The notes under the pieces are model-generated. The model was given only the letters and a program-made list of their open reading frames with translations. It had not been told where the DNA came from and ran no database searches. A DNA stretch of 64,000 bases, taken from assembly GCF_006345805.1 (NCBI RefSeq), contig NC_042998.1:133734001-133798000 (forward strand), written 5' to 3'. The position numbers and the translations under genes are program-made. Positions 1 to 14,049 of the stretch are shown here, piece by piece. Each line of letters starts with the position of its first letter. Positions within the stretch are counted from its first letter, which is position 1. Source of the stretch: Octopus sinensis (Eukaryota).

Positions 1-417
1 AAATCGAAAGGCGCTATTTGCGCGGTAAACTGTATTCGTTATTGTGAAGACCCTTTTGTATACAAAATCTATTCATACATAGAAATTTCATGACGGTAGA
101 GTATATTGTTATTTTTTTATATATATATTTCAAGGTGTTTGGCGTCATATAATAAATGTCATATATATTTTATATTGTATATTTATCCTCTTGACACTCT
201 GTTTCATATTTTTGAATTTTTTTTTAAGGAAAATAAAGAAGGAAATACAAAAAGGGAAATAATATATTAATATTATCACTCTACTTAATATAGACTTAAA
301 GATTTAGGCCAAGGTGTTAGCGAAAAGTTTTGATAGATAGACAAATATAACAAAATAATTTGACAAAAAATGTGATCTTTTAATTATTTTCTGAGATTTT
401 ACAAAAACAACAAAAAC

Positions 418-2198
418 GTGGAGAAACTTGTAGGGAAGGCACAGACATGTGCAATCCCAAGCAGGTCGATCCAGGATAATCTTCACCTTATCCGCTACAC
501 CTTAGACAGGGTTGGTAAATTATCCGGCAAAGGTGGGGCAATGGTCCATTTAGACCAAAGTAAAGCGTTTGATAGGGTAGACCATCGGTACCTGGCGGCG
601 GTCCTCGAATCGGCTGGGCTGGGCTGGGCCCGGGCTTTCGTGGGTGGATCTCTTCTATGTACAGCGGCATCAAGTCCACAGTCCAGATAAACGGTTACCT
701 GACGGAGCCGTTTTCGATCAAGCGCTCAGTTCGTCAAGGGTGTTCCTTGTCGCCGCTTCTGTACGAGTTGGCTCTCGAGCCATTGCTGCGGAAGTTGGAG
801 AGGTTGGGAGGCAACCCTAATGAAATCGGATGCGGTAAGTCTGTTTCTGCTTATGCGGATGACGTCACCTTCATCGTGTCCAACGAAGCACAGCTACCTC
901 GTGTAGAAGATACTCTCAGGGGATACGAAGCGGTGGCAGGGGCAAAAAATAACAAGGACAGGTCCATCGGCTTGCGTCTAGGCACCTATAGAAGCAAGTC
1001 GATATCGTCCAGTGTCGTGGGGCACTGGGGAGATGGTCCTGTTAAGTTGCTTAGAGTTTGGTTTGGCCCAGACTCTTAGACGGAGAATTGGAGCGATGTA
1101 GCAGACAAGGTAGATGCCGTAGTACGGAAGTGATCCGGAAGAGCTCTGTCCTGGAAAGGAAGGGTGGAGGTGGTACAGGTGTTTATTGTATCTGTAATCA
1201 CTTACCACCTGACCGTTGTCCCTTGCCCCGATTCGTGGCTAAACAAGTTGGAACGACTTCTTTTCTGCTTTTTGTGGAAAGGAAGAAAGCCACTTTTAAG
1301 GCACTCCGTTTGCTGCCAGGAACCGTTAAAGGGTGGGCTGCGAATGCCTTGGCTAATGATGCGCAGACATGCGTTTAGGCTGAGGCATCTCTAGCGCCAC
1401 CTGGAAAGTGATAAGGTGTGAAATCCGCTGGCAGAGGAATTCTTCCCGCGACCGGCCTCTATGGAGAGATTTAAACCCGGTTTCATAAAAAGACGGAATC
1501 TTACTTTATGTCAGAAGGAGTGTCGTGAAGCACTCTCACTGATCCACAAGACGGGCAAAACCGGCAGCAAGAATACCACCTCGGTGTTCTATAGAAGGCT
1601 GTTAAAGACAAAAACTGATGACGTCCCAGGAGGGGCTCTGGGGTTCGACGAGAACCAACTTGCCAACCTGTTTAAAAATACTTTCAGGCCAGGGTACTTG
1701 AACAATTACCAAAAATTCCTGACCTGGCAGTGCTACAGGAACGCTTTACCTGTTCGCGATAAGTCATGTAGGCACGGAATGTTTGTGCCACCGACATATC
1801 CAAGATGTGGACTGCACGATGAAACCGTCCAGCACGCTTTTGTACAATGCCGGGAGCTGTCAAGCTTGATAAGTTACGTAGAACACGTGTTGTCGCATCT
1901 GGGACGAGTACTGCTGTCGGCTGGATCTATAATAAAGATGGTACTGCCAACTGGACTCTCAGAGGAAGGTAAAGCTTCTTTTCACTGTACGGTGACAGTA
2001 TTGAACGAGTATGTATGGAGAACTAGAATGGAAGGTTTCGTAACAGGGTCCTTCGTCTTTGGTCCGGGTTTGTTAACCTACTTCAGACACCATCTGAAGA
2101 GCAAGATGGGGTTGGAGAGGAAGACCCTGTCGCAGAGAGAGTATGGGAAACGTTGAAAGGATGTGATGAGGAAGGTAGATGTCAGTAACCCAGTTTAA
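418..2198 (+). mobile_element. 5'-truncated L1/Tx1-clade LINE ORF2 (RT + C-terminal zinc-knuckle), pseudogenised
   Basis: Broken frames give RT motifs HLDQSKAFDRVDHRYL, SVRQGCSLSPLLY, AYADDVT, then LERLLFCFLWKG and zf-RVT-like LTWQCYRNALPVR..PRCG..ETVQHAFVQC; frameshift near 660 and in-frame stops. Confidence 0.9.
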
Positions 2199-3270
2199 TC
2201 CTCAATGAAAGGAAAAAATAGTTGCTGGGCCTTACAGGCTGCCGGGTATGAAGTTTGAACTTGTTTCTCTCACTTTATTTTTTTTTGTAAGGATAACGGA
2301 AAGTCAGGTAAATTATATAAATTATATCTAAATGTTTAATGTTCATCCGATTCTGTTCGGGTACGTGATGTTGACTAGCCACAAAAATGGCGAAACATCA
2401 AAGTGCATCACTCCTGAATGGGATCTGAGTTGAGTTGTCTCGCCTATCCATTACTCTCAGAGGTCGTCTCCGTCACGGTATATTGAAGCCTACCGGAAAA
2501 TACACATAGTATATACGTTAAGTATGTATTTGTGTGTAAGTGTGTGAATACGACTGACTTCTTTCAGTTTCGCCAACCAAATCCACTCACAACAGCTTGA
2601 GGCTACAGTAGAAAGCGCTTGCCCAAGGTGGCCAAACAGTGGGACTGAAAATGGGGCTCCGTGATTTGGGGAACAAACCTGGGTTTCGTAAGAAGAATAG
2701 TCGTAAAATGAACAAACTGTAGATCAATTCAAATAGGTTAACTGACTTTGGTGATTTCAAAACTATTTGCCTAAAGTAAGAAATTTTCTCGAGGACAAAG
2801 GTATCCTAAATGTATTTGATACGTTTAAAAAATTTTCTTTTACACCGATATTTCTCGTGCCAATCATATATCTTGTACCGACCTGACGATCAACGCACGC
2901 AGTCAACAGGTAAATTTTACTGATTTCTTGCAAGGGAAGCTAAGCCATTCGGTTTAGAGTTGCTGCACTTAGTATCTGGTATTGAAATGTATCGATGGTA
3001 AACTTCTGAGAAAATGCTTCTTTACGTGAAATGATAGAAATTGCCTCCGTGTGTGCGTATGCGCGCGTGTGTGTACAATGATGATGAACACAAGTTTATA
3101 GCATTTCTTCGCCACGCACGTTTCCGCATTGTGTTTATTTATCTCTTTTGCAGTGGATATTTCAAGTGCAATTGGATGTTGAATCGTAATAGTTCATCAA
3201 AACACCCCGATGAAAAAGCATAGTATACTGTACATATCGATCTATCTATCTATCTATCTATCAATCTAAG

Positions 3271-3353
<83 letters not shown>

Positions 3354-3835
3354 TGTATATCAAAATAAGCAACAAGGATATCCAGAGGTAATGCTATAAA
3401 ATCGTTTCATACAACAATTGAACAATGCAATCATTACATCAATTTAAAATATAGAGCAATCTTCAGCTGCACAAAGACATAGAATTTAATTAAATTAGAA
3501 CAGATGGACACATTAGTATAATTATACCTAAAATCTCCAAGAAATTAAGGAGATAGATACCGTTCATCTTATATATATATATATATGAAGTTTAGTAAGG
3601 GAAAACTTAAAATAAGATGTTAGCTGATAATTAAGGGGGTCGCCCACTAGCTGACTATTGATAATGAAACTGGAGAAGTCTTATCATATGGTACTATAGG
3701 TAAATATATTAAACAATGTTGCTACACACATACATATATATGCGTACATACACACGCACACATAAATACATATGGATACATCTATACATATATACACAGG
3801 TACGCACGCTCACGCATATGTGTGTTTATATGTAT

Positions 3836-3891
<56 letters not shown>

Positions 3892-4552
3892 AAAAAATGA
3901 AGTTCGAAAATGCTGCTGTATTATACAATTTTTAATTTTTATATATATACATTATAACATGTTTCAGTTCCTGAAATGAACTTTATCAAAAAAAGTTATA
4001 TATAAAAAAAGACAGCTCATGCCGTCAAACACAAGAAATTCATTTATAATACACAACGGAGTCAGACATCTTAGAGTTCATGTATAGTTGATATATAGTT
4101 CATGTATAGTTGATATATAGTTTGAAGTATATGTTCAAAGTGTTCGATGCAGTGGCCCACGGTGGCGATATATATATATATAATATATATATATATATAA
4201 TATATATATACATATATATAAATACATGTATGTATGTATGTATATGTATTGGTAGTCCTTTGTGTCTTTATGTTTATGGACTAAAATATATTCTTCGGAT
4301 ACCAATATACTTCTTACCGTAGTGTTTCGACGAACAGTTATCGATAAAATAAATACCAGACTGAAATCGTTAATTGAAGTTTTTATCATCAACGAAACAC
4401 TTGATAGCAGAGCCCAGCATAACATGGCCTCTGTCCAATAATGGAGACAAAAAATGAATATGAATACGCGGGTATATACTTACACTCACAAGCACATATA
4501 AGTATGTGTGTATATATATGTGTGTGTGCGTGTGTTTAATTATATAAACATA

Positions 4553-4596
<44 letters not shown>

Positions 4597-4976
4597 TAAT
4601 ATACAGTATGAACTGAGGATGTACGTTTCATTAAACCAGAAGCATTTATAAAGAGGGACAGAGTAAAAACGTCGAAAAGTAAAGAAAAACGTGAAATAAA
4701 CCAAATAAAGGCACCAATCCCCACTGTTTAATGGAATTGTAGTACACAGTACAGATGAGTAAATCTATATAATAGTCTGTCTTACACACTTTGTCATTTC
4801 CGTTCAGTTACTAACTAAACTGAGGTGCAAGCCAACACTTCCCTCATTATATAGATTCTTTATTATGAGTTATATATGTATTTTCTATAATGTTTACAAC
4901 AGAAAGACTTGTAATGAAAACATTTCTACTGCTTGATTGTGTGTGGATATGTGTGTGTGTGTTTGTGTATGTGTGT

Positions 4977-5053
<77 letters not shown>

Positions 5054-5215
5054 CGTGTTTGTTTTGATATGTTTGTACGTGTTTTTTTTCTATAGAGAAA
5101 CAAGACTGTTTGATACGCAAGCAAGACATGAATAGATATTGTAAATACATTGAATTATGTATTGAATTATGTATTATGATTTTGGAAAACACGTATATAA
5201 ATAGATAGATAGATA

Positions 5216-5935
5216 AGTTTCTTTATTGGCCACACAGGGCTGCACACAGATGGGACAAGTTACAAGGTAGAGCTTTTCTTTTGGGGGATGAAAAAAAAAA
5301 CAAAAAAAAACGAAAAACAAAAGAACAAAAAAAAAGGTGGCATAGGTTTTCGATCAGAAGGGATCGTAAAAGGGAAAAAAAAGAACAAAAAATGAAAAAT
5401 AAAAAATAAAAAGAAAAGAAACAAAAGAAAAGACAAATGAAGAAAAGAAGAAAAAAGGGGGGAATAAAAGGGGAAGAGGAAAGAAAACGATCAATAGGGA
5501 TCGTGTATCACAGTGTTATGATGTATGGTGTAAAGGGGAAAGCAAGTAAGGTTTATCCGTGGGAAGAAAAGCCTACGAAAAAGACCACGGTAACCTTGGT
5601 CAATATTGTTATATGTTACCACATTTGTTTGCAGGTGGGTAACCCTCTGTTTTCAATTTCTGGGTTCATAGGATTATGCTCAAGGTGGCTTCGTCATTCA
5701 TACGTGCCATCCTTGCTACATTCACCCATCTTTTTTTTAAACTTTCGCTAGACAAAACTTGCCTCTCTACTCTCACTTTCCTTTTCAAGTGGTACTTGAA
5801 GAAGTTGATGAGAGATTGACCAGAGAGGAAAGTGTTTGTCTCCAATTCTTTCAGACGCCTCCACCAGATACATTCTTTTGCCATAGCCACAAGGATGATG
5901 AAAATAGCTCTTCCTTCCCGTTTGAAGGAAGGAGG
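5216..5935 (-). mobile_element. 3' end of a related Tx1-like LINE (ORF2 C-terminus + 3'UTR)
   Basis: Minus-strand [42 protein letters not shown] aligns with the C-terminus of the 1461-2156 ORF (EGKASF..YFRHHLKSKMGLERKTLS); AATAAA on minus strand at 5222-5227; GATA repeats on both flanks. Confidence 0.75.
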
Positions 5936-6325
<390 letters not shown>

Positions 6326-7189
6326 AGAATGAGAGAGAGTCAGTGAGAGAGATATGGAGATAGACAGATATGTAGTCAACAAAAGAGAAAACTATATTTG
6401 CATGTACTTCAATCGAATACTCGTAGGTACATGAAGGCATGAAGAGACACTTGGTCGCTCAACAAGCTAGAAATATTAGCCACGTCTCCACACACACATA
6501 CACACACACACACACACATATACACACATATACATATACACACATGCACACATACACACTCATATTCCTGTCTTAAAATTTTCAAAAACAAAATGGAAGG
6601 ATATACTGAATAACGTAGTCTTAGATATAAAAAGCCTAAAACATATGAGTCACTGCCAAAATGTCTTCGATCATACTTTTACTTCATCAATGAGAACAAT
6701 AACAATCACACAAACCCATCTTTTATTTGTCGTCGTTCTGTGACACTGTATTCTAGAAATCCCAATGTGCAATCATTTTATCTTCCTCAACCACTATTTA
6801 TAGATTAGTTTACCATGAGTTAAGTCTCGTTTACGAATTAAACTTCAGTTCTGGAGGAAAATACAATTAGGTATTTATACCAATCTACACCGGTTTACAT
6901 GTTGTTACGGACGCTTACATCTGCATAAATTCATTCGCATATACACAAACACATGCACACACACACACTCACTTGTATATGTTTGGTCACTTCAGCCATG
7001 TAACCACAAACGTACTTTTCCTGGGCTTTTTCATTTTCTTTGGCTTTTGCCGTTCTCCGGATCTTTCATTTCTCCTCTTTCGAACGAAGAGCTATGCCTC
7101 AAGTGTAAAAAACACACTTTTACCCACCTCTACTGAGCGTCAAGCTAATAATACATTCCATATGTACGATATTTTTTATTTTGTTATTT

Positions 7190-8480
7190 GTTACTTTTAA
7201 TGTTCGATTTGACCTTGTGTGTATACAAGGCGGCAGAATGTCGCATCATATCCCTTCGGCAACATCTTTTAACCATCAAGCGTCGAAGTGCATCCCTTTA
7301 TCAAGTTTGCACATATGAAGCTGAAAACATCATAAGACTTGGAAGGCAGCTCCTTGAGCAACACTCTTTGTCTGATAACCTAGAATGCATGCTCAAAGAC
7401 GTCGTACGACTCTACCGCAACATATTAGATGAAAGGATGAGCCTATATGAGAAGAAGACTACGCATTGATATTTTAGTAGAAAGCTCCGTGATGATAGTA
7501 ACATCGATCATCAAAGCAGTTTATCATGGACCAATAGCCGGATTATTACCACCCACTTTGAACGGTATGTGTTTGCAATCCAGGAACAGCAAATATCAAC
7601 CTAGTTCCTGATGCACAAAAGAGATAAAAATGCAGGAAAATCGGTAAAATGTGACAAGCGATGCAGACTTTGTGGGGTTTACACTGAAGATATCACCCAC
7701 ATCATAAGCACGGTATTATCTGCCAATGGAACATGACGTTGTAGCTAGAGCACCCTATAATAAAATCTGTCGGAAGGATAATCCCTGGGACAAAAAAATA
7801 AAAACCCACAATATAGTAGACGCCATAGCCACTCATAATGAAGAGGAATACTGGTGGAATGTACCAGTGAAGACCTCAATGAAATGTAAGCACAACAGAC
7901 CTGATATAGTAATTTGGGATAGAGAAGAGAAACTGTGCACAGTTGTGGAAATTAGCTGCCCAGTGGATGTTAACATAAAACTGAAGATCAGTGAAAAAGA
8001 GAACACCTAGGCTGAACTATTGAGAAATCTACAGTTACTCTATCCAGATTACAAGTTCAGGTTTATACCAGTAATTTTTGAGGTCCTGGGTTATGTAACA
8101 CTCTGCCTAAATACCTATCTTGAGAAACTAGACTTCTTAAAACCAGAAAGGAGAAAGCTAATTCGAAGACTACAGATTCATTCCATTAGTGGATCTGTAA
8201 AAATGTGTAAAACTTTCCAGAAGTTTATCATTTAAGTATATATGAGCATTCTAAATATGTAACTCTATGCATGAGAATACATACATAAAACATACAAATC
8301 TGCACATACATACATACATACATACATACATACTTACATACATACATACATACATTCAAAATACCCTGTTGTTGATGTTGAAATTCCAGTGAAGGAACTT
8401 TGGATCTATGTTAGAAAACGGTTATTTTTCTATTGACAAGAAATCTTGAAATAAACTGAATAATGACATACATATATACA
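7190..8480 (+). mobile_element. R4/Dong-like (restriction-like endonuclease) non-LTR element, 3' part with (CATA)n-containing 3'UTR
   Basis: YVFAIQEQQIST, RCRLCG..EDITHII, HDVVAR, KHNRPDIVIWD..VEISCPVDVNI..EKENT, FIPVIFEVLG; ORF ends 8235; 3'UTR contains and ends in CATA repeats. Confidence 0.85.
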
Positions 8481-8629
8481 TACACATAGAGGACGGTAGT
8501 CTCTCGTTGTCTGAGAAAGACAGGTGTGCAATTTCTTGCTTAACAACCTGCACAAATGATGTTTATTATAATCAAATGCTTTTTCAGTACATTAGTTCAC
8601 TCCCTCCACCAAATCAACGCTGTCTGAAA

Positions 8630-8788
8630 AGGTGCTCGGTGTACCACGCGTCAGGTGTCGAAGTGACCGCAGTGCGACGTGAGATGAAGTGTTTTGCTTA
8701 AAAACACAACGCACCAACCCGGTCCAGGAATTGAAACCACGATCTAACGATCGGGAATGTAACACACAGCCACTAGGCCTTATGCCCT
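8630..8788 (-). mobile_element. tRNA-derived SINE, 5' part (same group as 37420-37600)
   Basis: Minus strand: A-box-like aggcctagtgg, B-box-like gtttcaattcc, then gttgtgtttttaagcaaaacactt core. Confidence 0.6.
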
Positions 8789-8809
8789 CATACATACATA
8801 CATACATAA

Positions 8810-9735
8810 TACTCTATCCAGATTACAAGTTCAGGTTTATACCTGTAATTAATGGGGCCCTGGGATATGTAACACACTGCCTAAATACCAATCTTGAAAA
8901 AATAGACTTCACAAAACCAGAAAGGACAAAGCTAATTCAAAGACTACAGAGCCACTCTATCACTGGAACTGTAAAAATCTGTTTAAACTTTCCAGACGTT
9001 TATCATTTAAATATATATGAGCTTGTCTAGATATGCAACTATATGCATGAGAATATGTACATAAAGCAAAACATACAAATTTGCACATATACATGTGTGT
9101 ATGTGTGTGAGAGAGAGAGAGAGCATAAAATATACACACGCATATAAATATACATACATACATACATACATACAGGAGTGGCTGTGTGGTAAGTAGCTTG
9201 CTTACCAACCACATGGTTCCGGGTTCAGTCCCACTGCGTGGCATCTTGGGCAAGTGTCTTCTGCTATAGCCTCGGGCCGACCAATGCCTTGTGAATGGAT
9301 TTGGTACACGGAAACTGAAAGAAGCCTGTCGTATATATGTATATATATAGGTATGTGTGTGTATGTTTGTGTGTCTGTGTTTGTCCCCCTAGCGTTGCTT
9401 GACAACCGATGCTGGTGTGTTTACGTCCCCGTCACTTAGCGGTTCGGCAAAAGAGACCGATAGAATAAGTACTGGGCTTACAAAGAATAAGTCTCGGGGT
9501 CGATTTGCTCGACTAAAGGCGGTGCTCCAGCATGGCCGCAGTCAAATGGCTGAAACAAGTAAAAGAGTAAAAGAGAGTAAAAGTAAGAGTATACATACAT
9601 ACAAACAAACAAACAAAAATACCCTGTTGTTGATGTTGAAATTCCAATGAAGTAGCCTTGAATCTAGGTTAGAAACCGGCTCTTTTTCTATCGGTAAGAA
9701 ATCTCGAAATAAAACTGAACAATGAAACACATACA
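8810..9735 (+). mobile_element. Second short 3' copy of the same R4/Dong-like family, with nested SINE
   Basis: LYPDYKFRFIPVINGALGYVTHCLNTNLEK.. nearly matches 8020-8235; 3'UTR block at 9621-9730 matches 8361-8470; begins directly after (CATA)n. Confidence 0.85.
9174..9590 (+). mobile_element. tRNA-derived SINE (OR/CORE-like octopus SINE), full length
   Basis: tggctgtgtggt A box, gggttcagtccc B box, ttgggcaagtgtct core, internal (TA)/(TG) tract, GTAAAAGA tail; paralogues at 15130, 21275, ~54500-55180. Confidence 0.85.
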
Positions 9736-10312
9736 TATGACGGATACGTATGACGGATACGTATGACAGACACGTATGTTTTGATAGGACGAATGATTTT
9801 TATGTTCATCTTTGATGCTATGGACGTATTTCTATATGCACGTGTGATACTATGAATTTAAATATTTGGATGACAATTATAACAAGACTAATGCACTCTC
9901 ACAGATATACCAACACATCTCCTCTTCCTTCACTTCCTCTCAATTTCTTTATATGCGTGTGTATAAACACACACATACACACATGCACACATATATGGTG
10001 TGATAGTGTATGACTAAGTGAAATATTTATTTAAGCACCGCTTACAGAATATCAGTAAATATAGCGTAGATACATCTCCGTGTTTTATTTTTCTCTTTAT
10101 TCTACTCTTACAAAGCCAATCAGTCTTGTACAACTGGGTTCGTAGTTTGATAACCAATCAGATCCTGTGGCTATTTCTATGCGACAGGAGTGACATAAAC
10201 AATGTAGTTCTCACTTGACGACACTAAATACACTCGTAAAAACATCTTCAGTGGTTTTGTCTATTTCCTTACTATTTTAGGACTACGACCATAAAAGCAA
10301 CAAATCAGTGTC

Positions 10313-10411
10313 AAGAAGAAGAAGAAGAAGAAGAAGAAGAAGAAGAAGAAGAAGAAGAAGAAGAAGAAGAAGAGAAGAAGAAGAAGAAGAGAAGAAGAAG
10401 AAGAAGAAGAA
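10313..10411. repeat. (GAA)n microsatellite
   Basis: Direct reading. Confidence 0.97.
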
Positions 10412-10609
10412 GGGTGTGATTTTAAGCACAAAACCAACAATTTTGACAGGGAACGGTTTAGTTAAAAGATTCGACAGGTATATAATTTTATCGATCTTGA
10501 AAGATTGAAAGACTAAGTCAAAATCTAAGGCGCCAGAGCAAGTAACACACGATAATTTTTCTAGCACTCTAACAATAATAAGGATTTCAAACTTTTGCAC
10601 AAAGTCTGC

Positions 10610-11033
10610 AGTTTTGGGGGAGGAATTATATCGACCCCAGTATTCAACTGGTACTTATTTTATCGAGCATGAAAGTATAAAAACTAAAGTCGACCCCCAT
10701 GGCATTTGAACTCAGAACATGAAGACGGACGAAATTCCGCTAAGCATCTTGCCCGGCGTGCTAACGATTCTGCCAGTTCGATACCTTCGCTCTAACGATT
10801 GTAATAATCATAATAATAATCATTTCTACTATAGGCACAAGGCCTGAAATTTTGCGGGAGGGGACCAGTCGATTACATTGACCTCAGTTCACAAATGGTA
10901 TTTAATTTATTGACCCCGGAAGGATGAAATGCAAAGTCGACCCCGGTGGCATTTGAACTCGGAACATGATGACAGACGAAATTCCTCTAGTAATTTCGCC
11001 CGGCGTGCTAATGATTCTGTTATTTCGCCGCCT
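10610..11033 (-). mobile_element. Two adjacent copies of a tRNA-SINE with MetaSINE/Sauria-like core
   Basis: Minus strand reads ggcagaatcgttagcacgccggg..gttc(t/c)gagttcaaatgcc..ggggtcgacttt..tttcat..cggggtc(g/a)ataaa..agtacca twice. Confidence 0.7.
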
Positions 11034-11075
11034 TAACAACAAACAACAACAGCAATAATAATAATAATAATAAAG

Positions 11076-11133
<58 letters not shown>

Positions 11134-11151
11134 TGATAATAATAATGATAA

Positions 11152-11557
11152 GAATTTGACAAGCTCAGAAAATATAAAGACCTGCTCATTGAAATTGAGA
11201 AAATGTGGCATCTCAAGGCTGTTACAATACCAGTAATCGTAGGAGTACTAGGAATGATCAAGAAGGGAACCGAAAATTATATGAGAATGATCCCTGGCTT
11301 ACCATCCCTGCAAGAAGTGCAAAAGATTGTCTTAACTGGTACATCACACGTATTGAGAAGAGCATTGTCGATGTGAGAACTATTACTACCCATGTATTTT
11401 AATTTAACTTTATTTCTATCAAAAAAAAAAAAAATGAACGAACTAGTGAGTTAAGTTTAATGGCCTACCAATGTATACTATGAGTTTCTTTGCCCTAGGA
11501 GTCGGGAAGACACCCGGCAAGAAATGGAAGCAAATTTGAAAGAAGAAGAAAGGCCCA
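11152..11557 (+). mobile_element. 5'-truncated Dong/R4-like element 3' end within a (TAA)n array
   Basis: Frame from ~11152 reads EFDKLRKYKDLLIEIEKMWHLKAVTIPVIVGVLGMIKKG..LQEVQKIVLTGTSHVLRRALSM-stop; TAA arrays on both sides. Confidence 0.85.
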
Positions 11558-11562
11558 TGATA

Positions 11563-11636
<74 letters not shown>

Positions 11637-11643
11637 AATGATA

Positions 11644-11701
<58 letters not shown>

Positions 11702-11710
11702 AATGATAAT

Positions 11711-11742
<32 letters not shown>

Positions 11743-11814
11743 TAATAATAATAATAATAATAATATAATAATAATAATAATAATAAAAAAATAATAATAA
11801 TAATAATAATAATA

Positions 11815-11862
<48 letters not shown>
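11558..11862. repeat. (TAA)n/(TGA)n microsatellite array
   Basis: Direct reading. Confidence 0.97.
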
Positions 11863-11864
<2 letters not shown>

Positions 11865-12385
11865 GCCCAGGTAGTGGCTCTCATGGCTTTTGATTTCGAA
11901 ATGATTGAAAGTGCTGTCATGTACATATTTTGTTTTGGTATAAAAGATGGGCTACAGCAAATATTCTGCTCAATACCACAGATTTGCTTGTCAGTTGTTT
12001 GACCTTAACCAGTTGAGCATGTCCCTTAGTGGCTGACAATATGTGCACCTCTGATCACGAGCAGAAGTAGTGGGGGAGCATCATAGCCATGTGTTGAGAG
12101 GGATTCTTTGGGATTTGAATAATTCGCCTTTGGAAACATGAGTATTTCGTTCATCATCCTTAAACAACCCCTATTCAGGGACCTTTCAAGCTGGATGGGC
12201 TACTCAACCTGAAGAAAATTCTAACTCAGGCCCACCTGCAAGGTCATGGGCTATTTATCTTGATATGAGATCACCATGTCGTGCATGTGATGCATGTACC
12301 TGGTGTACCCTTATCAGATGATCGGTGTACTGGGCCTCATATAATTCTACTCCAGTGTTACTTTGATGGCATGCACTGCTCTCTC
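11863..12385 (+). mobile_element. Unclassified ~520 bp interspersed repeat, copy 1
   Basis: Reverse complement aligns with 63455-64000 (e.g. gatgggctacagcaaatattctgctcaataccacagatttgcttgtcagttg identical); ends in (CAA)n(TAA)n. Confidence 0.8.
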
Positions 12386-12424
12386 ACAACAACAACAACA
12401 ACATTAATAATAATAATAATAATA

Positions 12425-12466
<42 letters not shown>

Positions 12467-12504
12467 TAATAATAATAATAGTAATAATAATAATTATTAT
12501 TATA

Positions 12505-12559
<55 letters not shown>

Positions 12560-12584
12560 TATTATTATAAATTAGGTAGAAAGG

Positions 12585-12925
12585 CAGCAATTTTGAGAGG
12601 AGAGGATTATCCGATACTATTGTCCCGCCACCTCGCACTAGGTTTTATTTTTTCGACACCGTCAGTGTGAAAGACAAAGTTGATCGCAGTGGAAATTGAA
12701 AAAAGGATGAGAACATAATGAGCCGGATCAAATACTGCAAAGTATTTGTTCCGACGCTCAAAAGTGTCTACCAAGCCACCACCCCTGTATGTTTCCAATT
12801 TAGGTGCAAAGTAAACTGTTTTTAGGGGACTGGAATTGTCGATACCATCGACCCTAGTACTTAACTATTGATTTATTTTGTCGACCCAGGAGAGATGAAT
12901 GTTACTCAGAACATAAAGAGCGAGA
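12585..12925 (-). mobile_element. Degenerate Meta-core-like tRNA-SINE fragments
   Basis: ttttgtcgaccc, aatactgcaaagtatttgttccgacgctc match the family at 19307 in reverse. Confidence 0.5.
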
Positions 12926-14049
12926 AGAATAATCGCAACTCCATCGCTCTATGTTTTCTACGAAACAATGTACACTTAGGTCAAATGGTTGTATGAATTA
13001 TCATTAGTGGTTATAGGTTTCATGAAAATTATACTAAAATGGAAAACATTTATATAGAACTAAATGATGAGATATAATTATCACAAGCTGATACAATTCA
13101 CATTACAATGATAATATTTGAAAGATATTCACTTTCACTCCTTTTTAACTGTCTACCTCTGGTTTCATTAACTACACCATAAACTACAAAGTGTGGGTGG
13201 CTGAAAAGTTAGTGAGACCTTGATCAGTTTCTTGTTCTATACCTCTGACATCAAGTTACATGCCAAGTCTAAAACAGCTCGAAAGCTGTTTTTATTTTCC
13301 TGTCTGTAAATCTTCATAACTGTGACTGAATATCAACATAGAGCTTGGGCTTGACTAATTTTCGAGAGTCACTTTGAAAAGGGAAATGTTAACTAAGTTG
13401 GTTAAACACTGTCAATGTAATTAGTCAGACTTTAAAGGAATTTGCAATAGTTATGTGGATATTAGCTGAGGATTAACAGATTTAGCACTTTAGACTGAAA
13501 AAAACTAATCCGAAATATATTCTACAGATGAGGTGAACTGAAATTGAAGAAGATACTTTGAACAGCTTGTGATGATATATAAAGCTTGAACAAGACAACT
13601 AGTGACTTAAAATCCCCACCTTCCAAAAGCTTGACTCTAAACACGACGAAAACAAAGTTCAATTTAACCCAACAACATGAAATTAAGATAACATTTTGTT
13701 TAAAATTTACAAAGAAAATAACGCTGATCTAAGCATAAATTAGGATTCCCAGCAGGCAGGCTAATTTGAGAAGTACCTCAAAATTAAAATGATGACATAG
13801 AAATATTATAGAACACCTAAAAGAGTACAAAAAGAGTACATAAAGAAAACAAAAATTATGTAAATTAAACAAACAAAAGACAAAGAACATAAAAATTAAT
13901 TTTTTTATGTAAACCATAAAAAAAATTAATACATTTAAGATAAGCAAAGTAAATAACAAAACACAACAAAATGAAAGTATAGAAGTCGTACGATGCTGGC
14001 CAATAAAAACTGAACCGATACAATACAAACCAAAATATAAATAAAAGAG

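Noticed and set aside
8361-8470. ataccctgt.. resembling the miR-10 start, and a ccaatgaagg..agaaac hammerhead-like pattern
   Set aside because: The miR-10 match ends after ~9 nt and the HHR core CUGAnGA is absent; the segment is LINE 3'UTR repeated at 9621.
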